Positions 1 through 8,571 of a stretch of DNA of 26,593 bases are shown piece by piece. The stretch is from an uncultured Gammaproteobacteria bacterium. Lineage in GTDB: Bacteria > Patescibacteriota > Microgenomatia > Levybacterales > GWA1-39-11. The position numbers were made by a program, and so were the translations under genes. The notes under the pieces are model-generated. The model did no database searches. It was not told the DNA's origin and worked only from the letters and a program-made list of their open reading frames with translations. The DNA lies in the NCBI GenBank assembly GCA_964428715.1, contig CAYRYY010000004.1, positions 1 to 26,593 of the forward strand. Direction: 5' to 3'. Within the stretch, counting starts at the first letter, position 1. Each line of letters begins with the position of its first letter.

Positions 1-2
1 AC

Positions 3-413
3 TATGCAAGATGTTATTCTGAAAATTACAAAGATGTAGGATATTTGGCGGCATTTGCAGGAGTGGACAAAAATAGAATGGATGAGGCAATTAAAGTAGT
101 ACGAGATGAATTGCTGAAGGTGTGTTCTGATTCTGAAATCACTCAAGAAGAGCTGATAAAGGCAAAAGAATATCTAAAAGGTCACTTTATATTAGATTTG
201 GAAGATACTCGATCTGTTTCTGTATATTATGCCTCAGACCTTATTTTAAAGGGTGAAATGGAAAATCCTGAAGAAGTACTTAAGCAGATTGATGAAGTGA
301 CACTTGAAGATGTAAAAAAAGCCGCATGCAAGTATATTAAAAAAGAAAACATGAATTTGGTAATCATTGGTGATTTTGAAGACAGAAAACGGTTTGAAGA
401 TCTTCTAAGCTAG
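3..413 (+). CDS. M16 (insulinase-family) peptidase, C-terminal part; 5' truncated by the window edge
   Basis: Frame is open from position 3 (YARCYSENYKDVGYLAAFAGVD...). ELIKAKEYLKG, VTLEDVKKAA and LVIIGD are typical of the M16 C-terminal domain. Confidence 0.85.
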   Translation, partial: YARCYSENYKDVGYLAAFAGVDKNRMDEAIKVVRDELLKVCSDSEITQEELIKAKEYLKGHFILDLEDTRSVSVYYASDLILKGEMENPEEVLKQIDEVTLEDVKKAACKYIKKENMNLVIIGDFEDRKRFEDLLS

Positions 414-414
414 A

Positions 415-993
415 TTATCCTAATTTTTCAGGTCTTAAGACTTTTAAAATATTGTTAAGGTGATGAGTTGAAATTTCGTAATCTGGTTGATCCATCTCTT
501 CTGTATTTACTCTTTTTGAATCATAGCTGACTGGCTCTTCATTTGCGTCATCAGTGTTTAAAAAGTTTACAACAAGATCATAATTATGTTTTTTGCCAGT
601 GTATATTGCCAGAAAAACATCTGGGTCATTTTCGGCAGGGTTTCCTATATAAGTCACAGTAAGTAGTCGTCCACCCGTTAATTTATAGTCATCATAGGGG
701 GATGTTGAAACTAGCCAATAAGGTGCCATGTCTAGTGAGTAAAGAGTTCTTCCATCTGGAAGTTTTTTTTCTTCTCCCTTACTGATTACATCTCCGCGAA
801 TTTGTCCCGCAAGAGTTCTAAACACTTGTTCCTGAATGGTTGTAATTGGTTTTCTTTCTTCCCCTAGTACGGGATTAGGAAACCGCATATCTTTTTGAGA
901 AAGGGCAATTCTTTTAAGAAAATCAAGAGACTCTTGTACAACAATGGGAGATGTGCCTTGTGGTGGGATAGGACCTCTTTCTGGTTCTGTCAT
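415..993 (-). CDS. Hypothetical protein (192 aa, MTEPERGP...)
   Basis: Long ORF. Start moved to ATG at 993 because TTGCAA(1029-1024)-17-TAACAT(1006-1001) lies 7 nt upstream. No family recognised. Confidence 0.7.
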   Translation of the reverse strand: MTEPERGPIPPQGTSPIVVQESLDFLKRIALSQKDMRFPNPVLGEERKPITTIQEQVFRTLAGQIRGDVISKGEEKKLPDGRTLYSLDMAPYWLVSTSPYDDYKLTGGRLLTVTYIGNPAENDPDVFLAIYTGKKHNYDLVVNFLNTDDANEEPVSYDSKRVNTEEMDQPDYEISTHHLNNILKVLRPEKLG

Positions 994-1051
994 ATTATGT
1001 ATGTTAGCGCTCTTATTAGAAGTTTGCAACAATCAGATGGTATAATATAGT

Positions 1052-1810
1052 ATGAAATTAAAGGTAATTCAGCTAAATATTTGGCGGGGGACGCTGTTAT
1101 CCAGCGCATTGGACTTTCTCATAAAAGAAGATCCTGATGTTATCTTGCTTCAGGAGGTGTACAGTAATTCAAATAATCTGCCTGGAATGCCGTTGACGCA
1201 TAGGTTGTATCAGTATTTACAAGAAAAGCTCCCAGACTATGAATTTGTATATGGGCCTGCATTTACAGACACTACAAAACTAGGAAATATAGAATCTGGG
1301 AATGCAATTTTTTCCAAATTTAAAATAATAGACAGCACTAACACATTTTTTGATGTGCCGTATAAAACATTTGATGAGCAATCGCAAACCGACTTTTCAT
1401 ATAACCCGCAGACTATCTTAGGGGCAAAATTAGATGTGAATGGGGTAGAGTGTAATGCTTTTTCAGTTCATGGAATTTGGGGACATGACGGACGTGATTC
1501 AGACAGAAGACTCAAGATGGGAGAGATAATAATAGAGCAAATTAAAGATAAACAAAACGTCATTTTGGGTGGAGATTTTAATATAAATCCTGATACACAA
1601 ACGATTTCAAGTATTGAAAGGTATGTAAAAAGTGTATTTGAAAACACACTTACAAGCACATTCAATATGAAGCACAAAACAGATGGAGGATATGCTACAG
1701 CAACAGTGGATATGATGTTTTGCTCAAAACACATAAAAGTATTATCTAAAGAATGCCTAGATATAAATATTTCAGACCATTTACCGCTTGTGGTAGAATT
1801 TGAACTGTAG
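1052..1810 (+). CDS. Endonuclease/exonuclease/phosphatase (EEP) family protein
   Basis: Motifs QLNIW, DVILLQEV, GNAIFSK, ILGGDFN, VDMMF and ISDHLPL. Confidence 0.92.
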   Translation: MKLKVIQLNIWRGTLLSSALDFLIKEDPDVILLQEVYSNSNNLPGMPLTHRLYQYLQEKLPDYEFVYGPAFTDTTKLGNIESGNAIFSKFKIIDSTNTFFDVPYKTFDEQSQTDFSYNPQTILGAKLDVNGVECNAFSVHGIWGHDGRDSDRRLKMGEIIIEQIKDKQNVILGGDFNINPDTQTISSIERYVKSVFENTLTSTFNMKHKTDGGYATATVDMMFCSKHIKVLSKECLDINISDHLPLVVEFEL

Positions 1811-1811
1811 T

Positions 1812-2243
1812 ATGCCAATGATGCTTAAGCCTCAAGAATTACAGGAAAAAGCCTTAAGCTTTTTAGCTAAGGAAAGGTTGATGGTACTGGGAACAAGTCT
1901 TCATGATAAGGTCTGGTCGGCAACTGTTCATTTTGTTGAGACTTCAGAGTTTGAAATGATATTTTTTTCAAATCCTTCAGCGCGGCATTGTCAGAATATA
2001 CTCAAAAACCCGCATGTTTCAGCTGTTGTAACAAATGAAAAAACAGCAACTTCTATTCAATTTGCCGGAACATGCAGGATTGCAGATGGAATAGAATGGG
2101 ATAAATATTTTGAAATATATTCTCAAAAAGTGAAGAATGCGGCACAAAGGGTAGACCAGGTAATTTATGTAATAAAACCAGATGAGGTGTGGATGATTGA
2201 TGAAAAACTAACTGGAGGAAGATCTCGTACTCAGATATTATAG
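1812..2243 (+). CDS. Pyridoxamine 5'-phosphate oxidase-like (FMN split-barrel) protein
   Basis: MVLGTS...W-S-A-T-V-H-F, RHCQNILKNPHVSAVV, IQFAG, YVIKPDEVWMID. Start placed at the ATG just after the EEP stop. Confidence 0.8.
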   Translation: MPMMLKPQELQEKALSFLAKERLMVLGTSLHDKVWSATVHFVETSEFEMIFFSNPSARHCQNILKNPHVSAVVTNEKTATSIQFAGTCRIADGIEWDKYFEIYSQKVKNAAQRVDQVIYVIKPDEVWMIDEKLTGGRSRTQIL

Positions 2244-2246
2244 AAA

Positions 2247-2879
2247 TTACTCAGCGCCAACTATAACTACAGCATCCCCTGATCCCGTGTAGTCAGAAGT
2301 TGCACTTCCAATTGTATAATCATCTCCTAAGTCTTTTCTTAGCAAGCTTACGAAATCTTTACTTGCTGCTTTTACTTGAATAACTGTCTCTGTGTAATCA
2401 AAGTTGTCGGCGTTCCCAGTGCTGGATACTACATATCCTAAGTCTTCAAGCTTTTCTTTCATAACGTTAGCCACTCCTGCTTCTCCAGATCCATTTTGAA
2501 CAACGATGGTTAGATCAGCACGGTCAAGTTTGGTTACTGGGTCAACGGAACTGGAAGATCCACCCGCTGAAGTAGGTGCAGGCGTTGTTGTAGTGCTGGA
2601 TGTAGGTGCGGGTGAGCCATCAGTTTCAGGTTCTGTAGGCGCAGGAGTATCAGTAGGGAGAACAAACTCTTCAATGGTCGGAGTAGGAGTTGCGTCCTCT
2701 GTAGACGTGTTTCCTAAAAGCTGCATAGCTCCAAATGCAATTGCTGCCAATATTATAATAATGAGAATTAAGAATACAAGTTTCTTGCCGCGTTTTGAAG
2801 GACCTTTGCTAGATGAGGCTGGAGTGGTGTTCTGAGTTCCAAAAGGTGATTCGCTAAATACTGATGAGGATTCTTCCAT
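2247..2879 (-). CDS. Membrane-anchored LytR C-terminal domain protein
   Basis: One N-terminal TM helix, a Pro/Thr/Ser linker, then IVVQNGSGEAGVA...GNADNFDY..TVI...VVIVG (LytR_C pattern). No LCP catalytic domain. Confidence 0.85.
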   Translation of the reverse strand: MEESSSVFSESPFGTQNTTPASSSKGPSKRGKKLVFLILIIIILAAIAFGAMQLLGNTSTEDATPTPTIEEFVLPTDTPAPTEPETDGSPAPTSSTTTTPAPTSAGGSSSSVDPVTKLDRADLTIVVQNGSGEAGVANVMKEKLEDLGYVVSSTGNADNFDYTETVIQVKAASKDFVSLLRKDLGDDYTIGSATSDYTGSGDAVVIVGAE

Positions 2880-2931
2880 AAGTGAGTGTCAGTATAGCAT
2901 AAAAGATATTTTTTGCAAGTAGAGAGGGGTG

Positions 2932-3324
2932 TTACTTAGCGTTTATTTTATATGTTTTTGTAATTGTTTTGCCTGGGAATGTATAAACAACTTCAAGTTT
3001 CATTTTCTTAATTTTTTTGTGGTTGACACAAGTTCCGCTTGAGCAAGTACCGATTGTAATATTTTTAAAAACCACATTCTTTCCACCTGGTACAATAACT
3101 CCTCCAACACCTTGCGGGACACCTTGGGCTTCGTAAGTTAGGGTGTAGGATATTTCAGTTGCCTTCTTAATATTAATAAATGTTGTTTTTAGGTTTGTCT
3201 GATTGTGATTAAGAATCGAAACCGCTTGAGGGGAGTATTTAACTTTTGGAGCCGCAAATGTTGGCTGAATAAGTAAAAAAGAGAATATAGCAAAAGATAA
3301 AAAGGCAACAATTAATTTATTCAT
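2932..3324 (-). CDS. Hypothetical secreted protein with a GTCSSGTC motif
   Basis: Sec signal ending in TFA; basic, beta-rich mature part; Cys pair; TTGACA-17-TAGCAT promoter upstream. Confidence 0.75.
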   Translation of the reverse strand: MNKLIVAFLSFAIFSFLLIQPTFAAPKVKYSPQAVSILNHNQTNLKTTFINIKKATEISYTLTYEAQGVPQGVGGVIVPGGKNVVFKNITIGTCSSGTCVNHKKIKKMKLEVVYTFPGKTITKTYKINAK

Positions 3325-3414
3325 AACACATTATGCTATCAATGAAAAATTGTATTGTCAATAAGACAAGTGGGTATTTACACTACCCAGTTCATCTTGT
3401 ACAATACTACTATT

Positions 3415-3882
3415 GTGGAAAGAACAGTAGTATTAGTTAAACCAGACGGAGTGCAGCGCGGACTTATTGGGGAAATTATTTCCCGATTTGAGAAAAAAGG
3501 AATGCGTTTGTCAGGACTTAAGATGATTTCATTGGGAGACGCCGTGTTGGATGAATGGTATGTTCATCACAAAGACAAGTCCTTTTTTCCAGATCTTAAA
3601 TCCTACATGATGTCATATCCTGTGGTTGCAATGCTTTGGGAAGGATTGGACGCAGCAGTAACCGTTCGCAAAATGATTGGAATTACAAAGGCCAGAGACG
3701 CAGAACCAGGAACAATCAGAGGAGATTTTGCAATGTCACAGCAATATAACTTAATTCACGCATCAGAATCCGCTGAAGCAGCACGCAAAGAAGAAGCTCT
3801 CATCTTTTCAGAAACAGAAGTATTTGAGTGGATGAAGAAAGATTACGAATCTGTATACGCCGACGAAGAGAAGAAAAAGTAA
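3415..3882 (+). CDS. ndk: Nucleoside diphosphate kinase
   Basis: ERTVVLVKPDGVQRGLIGEIISRFEKKG, PGTIRGDF, NLIHASES (catalytic His). Start set to GTG at 3415 from the usual NDK N-terminus. Confidence 0.97.
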   Translation: MERTVVLVKPDGVQRGLIGEIISRFEKKGMRLSGLKMISLGDAVLDEWYVHHKDKSFFPDLKSYMMSYPVVAMLWEGLDAAVTVRKMIGITKARDAEPGTIRGDFAMSQQYNLIHASESAEAARKEEALIFSETEVFEWMKKDYESVYADEEKKK

Positions 3883-3934
3883 CCCCTTTGCGATTTTGTT
3901 TGAATAGCTTATCTCCCTTTTTATCATCTAATAG

Positions 3935-4885
3935 CTAAAAATCGTATTTATTTTTTAGTATTTTATATTGGCTATCTACTTTCTTTCTATAATTCCTTGA
4001 TTCAGTTACTAGTTTTTCCCTTTTATCTAGACCTTTCTCTAGGGCAGCATCAAAACGCTTTTTTGATTCTATTTGTGAGGCTGAAACCTCTTGTTGAGTA
4101 ACGTAAAAAGCTTCTACATCATTTCTTTGTATCGCAGAGTTCATAGCATCTATGAGTTGAATTTGTAATTTAATCATGGTAGATGCTTCATCCTTGATTT
4201 CATTTGAATACTCATCTTCAACGTTTGGCAGGCTGTTCAATTTGGATTCTAGGTCAGAAAGATCACCGTTAATTTCCTGGAATACACTCACAATCTTTAC
4301 TGGATCGGCGCTGGCAAGCAACGAGGGATCCTGCAATTTTTGGTTGAGTGCGTTAAGTTCTATAATAACTGGCACTATTCCGCGGTTGAACATATTTGTT
4401 GATTCATATCCATATGAAGCAAGTTCTTGCGAGTGGGTAAGGTATTCGCTTAGTGAATTTTTATAATCTTTTACCTCAGGATCTTTTAAGTTTTCAATAT
4501 TTCTTTTTAATAATGCGCTTTTTCTAACACTTTGACTGCGTGAGGCTTCCATCTTTTTTGCACTTTCTTCTAGGCCTGCTATGGTTACATCGGTTAATGA
4601 TACAGTGCTGGCTGCAGTAGGTTCTAGCCTTTTTTCGATATCTTGAATATGAAAGGCATAAGCTTCAAAAGTTTTTTGAGTATTCAGTGATTGTGCCTGA
4701 ATTCTTTCATGTTTTTCAAATGCGCTATAGATTAAATAGGCTGTAATTCCTACAATAAGCACCAATAAAATCTCAAAGCCTAAAATTGTAAAGGTTTTTT
4801 TGTTTAAATTGGGTTTAGAGTCATTTGGTGGATTGGTGCTTTCAGTTGCTAGCTGCGGGGGGATAGTAGGCGGTTGCGTTTCCAC
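3935..4885 (-). CDS. Hypothetical membrane-anchored helical/coiled-coil protein
   Basis: 316 aa, Pro-rich N-terminus, one TM helix, long Glu/Lys/Leu-rich helical body. GTG start 6 nt after CATACT, with TTGACA 18 nt further upstream. Confidence 0.75.
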   Translation of the reverse strand: METQPPTIPPQLATESTNPPNDSKPNLNKKTFTILGFEILLVLIVGITAYLIYSAFEKHERIQAQSLNTQKTFEAYAFHIQDIEKRLEPTAASTVSLTDVTIAGLEESAKKMEASRSQSVRKSALLKRNIENLKDPEVKDYKNSLSEYLTHSQELASYGYESTNMFNRGIVPVIIELNALNQKLQDPSLLASADPVKIVSVFQEINGDLSDLESKLNSLPNVEDEYSNEIKDEASTMIKLQIQLIDAMNSAIQRNDVEAFYVTQQEVSASQIESKKRFDAALEKGLDKREKLVTESRNYRKKVDSQYKILKNKYDF

Positions 4886-4934
4886 GTTTATAGTATGTGC
4901 TTATTAAATTTATTCTGTCAAGATTGTTTATATG

Positions 4935-5609
4935 CTATGATAAGTCTTCAATTCGTACAGATTCTTCAATTTTAAATTCTCCAACCCTGGTTCTTACTAG
5001 TTTTTCCAAATATGCGCCGGTTTGAAGTTTTTCCCCTATGTCACGCGCTAAGCTTCTAATATAAACCCCTGTTCCGCATTCAATTTTGAGTCTTAGCTCT
5101 GGAAAAGAGTAGTGATCTATTATGATGCTGTTAATTTTTACTGGCCGTTCTTGCATCACAACAGTTTGTCCCTTCCTAACTCTTCTGTGCGCTGGTAGAC
5201 CGCCTATCTTAATAGCGGAGTAAATGGGAGGTGTTTGCATAATATTCCCGGTAAACTTTTTTATACATTCAAGCACATCATCCTCTGTTGGAGTATGTTT
5301 TGTGACCAAATCTTGAGCGTTTTGAGTATCACGTTTATATTCATGAATCGGTCCTTCCCGGTCATCTGTATCAGAAGTGTACCCAAGTTTAAGTGTTGCA
5401 ACGTATTCCTTGTCCCCCTTTACATATTTGTCTAGCAATTTTGTGTTTTCCCGACCTACCGCCACTACTAAAACGCCTTCAGCCAGTGGATCAAGCGTTC
5501 CTCCATGTCCCACACGTTTTACTCCAGTTTTGCGGCGTATTATGGCCACAACATCATGAGATGTTATGCCAACCGGCTTATAAACTGCAAAAATTTTATT
5601 TTGATCCAT
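4935..5609 (-). CDS. truB: tRNA pseudouridine(55) synthase, short form without C-terminal PUA domain
   Basis: KPVGITSHDVV, RVGHGGTLDPLAEGVL, TPPIYSAIKIGG, CGTGVYIRSLARDIG, LVRTRVG. Start set to MDQNK at 5609. Confidence 0.97.
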   Translation of the reverse strand: MDQNKIFAVYKPVGITSHDVVAIIRRKTGVKRVGHGGTLDPLAEGVLVVAVGRENTKLLDKYVKGDKEYVATLKLGYTSDTDDREGPIHEYKRDTQNAQDLVTKHTPTEDDVLECIKKFTGNIMQTPPIYSAIKIGGLPAHRRVRKGQTVVMQERPVKINSIIIDHYSFPELRLKIECGTGVYIRSLARDIGEKLQTGAYLEKLVRTRVGEFKIEESVRIEDLS

Positions 5610-5690
5610 TTTTTTGGATAATCCCTTCGTTCTTCTTGGATTATACAACAACGAGTTTCTTATAAAAATATACTAATAAATCAATATAAT

Positions 5691-5719
5691 TTGATTATTA
5701 TTCCATCAAAAACTATAAT
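5691..5719 (+). promoter_or_regulatory. Sigma70-type promoter of the LAGLIDADG-like gene
   Basis: TTGATT(5691-96)-17-TATAAT(5714-19), ATG 6 nt later. Confidence 0.7.
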
Positions 5720-5725
5720 GTCCTG

Positions 5726-6406
5726 ATGGAAAGACCTAAATTTCTAGGACCCATTTTGAAACCTATAGAAAAACCTAGAACTCCCGAAGACATAAAGCTT
5801 GCAAGTAGGAAATATTTAGCCGGTATTTTTGAGGCTGGGGGTTCATTTTCAGTAAATGTGTATGAGGGAAGAATTCAGTGTGGATTAAATTTTACAGACG
5901 TAAGCAAGGGGACAATAAGCGCAATTCAAAAATTGTTCGATGGTAGTGAGGAAAGGTTGAGAGATGTGCGCTCAAACAGATGGTCAATTACAGATACCCA
6001 GAAGATTGTAGCTATTCTTACAGGAATATATGAGTTTGCCCCTTCAAGAAGGGTACAAATTGAAAGTTTTATAGAAATGCTGGGTGCATCCGGTAAAGAA
6101 AAGATAGCTATCGGAAAAAGTTTTCCAAGGGAGCGCAAAAGAGTTGGGGAAGAAGAGTATAGTGAGCTCGTGAACGATCCATCATTTCTTGCAGGTGTAT
6201 TTGATGCCCGTGGACATATGTATTTTTATGAGAATCAGGGATTGCATAGGATTAATATGCAATCAAAAAATATTCCACTTATGAATGCGATTCAAAAAGA
6301 GCATCAAGGAGGAGAATACTCACATACAGGGAAAATGAGCTTAAGTAACGGTGTATCTCACAAATTCCTTCACAGAATAAATCCTTACAGAATTGCAAAT
6401 TTATAA
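5726..6406 (+). CDS. Free-standing LAGLIDADG homing-endonuclease-like protein with two degenerate motifs
   Basis: YLAGIFEAGGSF and FLAGVFDARGHM, each followed by beta-strand/helix segments typical of the fold. The catalytic acidic position is G in one motif and R in the other. Confidence 0.7.
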   Translation: MERPKFLGPILKPIEKPRTPEDIKLASRKYLAGIFEAGGSFSVNVYEGRIQCGLNFTDVSKGTISAIQKLFDGSEERLRDVRSNRWSITDTQKIVAILTGIYEFAPSRRVQIESFIEMLGASGKEKIAIGKSFPRERKRVGEEEYSELVNDPSFLAGVFDARGHMYFYENQGLHRINMQSKNIPLMNAIQKEHQGGEYSHTGKMSLSNGVSHKFLHRINPYRIANL

Positions 6407-6418
6407 AAAATTTCAAAA

Positions 6419-7573
6419 TTAGTCATGGTGTTTTACAAATGGGATAAAAAGTGCTGGAATTATAGCACTTAGGGCAAAGATAGATAATGTTATAAATGCA
6501 TACGTTACTCCAAATGTATTTGAAATTGCCCCAAGCAGCACTGGTGCGCCCGCAACAGATACATTTGCAATGACCGAATAGGTGCTTATAGACTTTTCAA
6601 AATTCCCATGATGTTCAACTGAATCAGAAACCATGGTTTGAGTGACAGGAACTGTACCCTTGGTAAGTAGTCCCAAGATTATAGAATAGGTGACAATAAG
6701 TATAATATTGTTTGACGTTGCGAGTAAAAGTATAAAAAGCGCCATAAGGAGTTCTGCCAGTACAAAAACTTTTATGTGCCCATACTTATCAATTGCACGA
6801 CCCAGTATGGTTTTTCCTAGTAAGTTTCCTACTAAATATGCGCCAACTAACCCTCCTAAAATAGCCGTTCCAAATCCTTTTTCCAAAAGTAAAAATGGCA
6901 AGAAGATAAAAAGCGGAAACGATGCGAATACGTCCAGAGTTCCTGCAAGTGATGCCAATACAAATCTTTTATTTTTAAGTAATGTTTTAAACGCAAGGTC
7001 TTTAGATTTTTCAGTAACATGTATATGCGGATTTTTGTGATGAATGAAGGTAAAGATTATGAGTGCGACTACAGCAAGCAATCCATATGCAAGTGACGTG
7101 TATCTCCAGCCAATGAAGGCTATAACAATTGTAAGGAGGGTAGTTATTCCAATTTTTCCTATGTCTCCAATGGCTGTAAATGTACCGATTTGTGTTCCTC
7201 TGGTAGATTTGGTAGAAAGTTTTGAAACTAGTGCAAACCCAATAGGGTGAAATACAGAAAATCCCAGAGCCGCTATAACGAAGCACAAAAATACTGTTGC
7301 AAAATTAATTGTTGCGCCAAGGAGTATAAAGGAAGTTGCGTAAATGCCAAGGGCTGCAAGCAGCACTTTCATCCCTCCCCATTTAACAGCTGCACTTCCT
7401 GCAGGAAGTGCTAAAAGTATTCCCATAAATCCAGTTAAGCTTCCCAGGATTCCTGCTTGAAATAAATTAAGTGATAAATCCTTTGTTATAAACGGCAAGA
7501 TTAGGATACTGCTGGAAAAATATCCATCATTAAATACATGGAGAATATTTAAGAAAAATAAATTTGATTTCAT
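6419..7573 (-). CDS. MFS transporter (resembles Fsr/fosmidomycin-type)
   Basis: 384 aa, about 12 hydrophobic segments, HVFND, FSVFHP, LGRAIDKYG (MFS motif A-like). Confidence 0.88.
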   Translation of the reverse strand: MKSNLFFLNILHVFNDGYFSSSILILPFITKDLSLNLFQAGILGSLTGFMGILLALPAGSAAVKWGGMKVLLAALGIYATSFILLGATINFATVFLCFVIAALGFSVFHPIGFALVSKLSTKSTRGTQIGTFTAIGDIGKIGITTLLTIVIAFIGWRYTSLAYGLLAVVALIIFTFIHHKNPHIHVTEKSKDLAFKTLLKNKRFVLASLAGTLDVFASFPLFIFLPFLLLEKGFGTAILGGLVGAYLVGNLLGKTILGRAIDKYGHIKVFVLAELLMALFILLLATSNNIILIVTYSIILGLLTKGTVPVTQTMVSDSVEHHGNFEKSISTYSVIANVSVAGAPVLLGAISNTFGVTYAFITLSIFALSAIIPALFIPFVKHHD

Positions 7574-7576
7574 AAG

Positions 7577-7648
7577 TCGGGGTGAAAGGAATTGGACCTT
7601 CTACCTCTGCGTCCCGAACGCAGCGTTCTACCGATGAACTACACCCCG
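7577..7648 (-). tRNA. tRNA-Pro(CGG), no encoded CCA
   Basis: Cloverleaf: acceptor CGGGGTG/CACCCCG, anticodon arm CTGCG-TTCGGGA-CGCAG, T arm GAAGG-TCCAATT-CCTTT. Confidence 0.92.
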
Positions 7649-7678
7649 GGCGTAAGTAATGTTTTGCAGTGGTAGATG

Positions 7679-7751
7679 CGTCCCCGATTGGAGTCGAACC
7701 AACAATCTTTCCCTTAGGACGGGACTGCTCAATCCATTGAGCTACGGGGAC
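7679..7751 (-). tRNA. tRNA-Arg(CCT), no encoded CCA
   Basis: Acceptor GTCCCCG/CGGGGAC, D arm GCTC/GAGC, anticodon loop GTCCTAA, T loop TTCGACT. Confidence 0.93.
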
Positions 7752-7759
7752 ATGCTGAT

Positions 7760-7788
7760 ATTATATTCGAGCAGAAATAATATTACAA
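7760..7788 (-). promoter_or_regulatory. Promoter of the tRNA-Arg/tRNA-Pro/MFS unit
   Basis: On the minus strand TTGTAA-17-TATAAT, ending 8 nt before tRNA-Arg position 1. Confidence 0.7.
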
Positions 7789-7841
7789 TGAAAGGTAAAT
7801 AAACATTGACTTAGAGGTCTCAATTTCATATCATTATACCC

Positions 7842-8570
7842 ATGGAAGAGCACATGACTAAAAAAGAACGAAAAGAACAAAAAAAGCTTGAGCGCATGGA
7901 TCAAATGGAAGGATCTCAAAAATCATTTAAGACAAAAGGAATTATTATTGGCGTTGTGGCGCTTATTTTCTTAGGGTTTTTTATCTACGCAATAAATGCT
8001 GCAAAAAGTAAACCTTCAGAGCCGGTTGAGTTGTCTGCTAGCGGATGGGTAAAAGGAAATCCAGAGGCTACAGTTACCTTTACGGAATTTGCTGATTTTC
8101 AGTGTCCATATTGTAAGCAATTCTCACCTATTGTATCTCAGCTAGAAAAAGAATATGGAGACAGAATTAAGATTGTATTTAAACATTTCCCACTTAAGCA
8201 AGCTCATCCTAATGCGTTTCCAGCAGCAGTTGCCGCAGAAGCTGCAGGCAGGCAAAACAAGTTTTGGGAATATCACGATCTCTTATTTGAAAAACAAGAA
8301 GAGTGGTCAGCTACGCCAAATCCACAATCAAAATTTGTTGAATATGCAAAGGGTTTAAAGCTAGATGCAGCGCAATTTGAAAAGGATTTGGATGATGACA
8401 AACTCAAAACTGCAGTAAATGCTCAGGTTGATGAAGGAATAAAAGTAGGCGTGTCGGGTACCCCCACACTGTTTATAAATGGAGCGCCAATTGATATCCC
8501 TGGAAATTATGAAGTATTAAAGCTGCAGATTGAAAGCGTGCTGCCTGATGCATCACCTTCTGCAAAATAA
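7842..8570 (+). CDS. dsbA: Membrane-anchored DsbA-family thiol:disulfide oxidoreductase
   Basis: EFADFQCPYC, FKHFPL, AAEAAGRQNKFWEYHDLLF, GVSGTPTLFING, N-terminal TM helix. Confidence 0.92.
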   Translation: MEEHMTKKERKEQKKLERMDQMEGSQKSFKTKGIIIGVVALIFLGFFIYAINAAKSKPSEPVELSASGWVKGNPEATVTFTEFADFQCPYCKQFSPIVSQLEKEYGDRIKIVFKHFPLKQAHPNAFPAAVAAEAAGRQNKFWEYHDLLFEKQEEWSATPNPQSKFVEYAKGLKLDAAQFEKDLDDDKLKTAVNAQVDEGIKVGVSGTPTLFINGAPIDIPGNYEVLKLQIESVLPDASPSAK

Positions 8571-8571
8571 C

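Noticed and set aside
2560-2700. Pro/Thr-rich quasi-repeats in the LytR_C protein
   Set aside because: Ordinary flexible linker, not a DNA repeat element.
3355-3414. Longer ORF-track starts for ndk, and likewise truB, dsbB, mreC, nhaD and the ATPase
   Set aside because: The extensions run through promoter boxes or upstream genes; downstream starts fit family N-termini and -10 spacing.
5726-6406. LAGLIDADG ORF as part of a group I intron or intein
   Set aside because: The flanking truB and MFS genes are intact and on the opposite strand; no splicing motifs or interrupted host gene.
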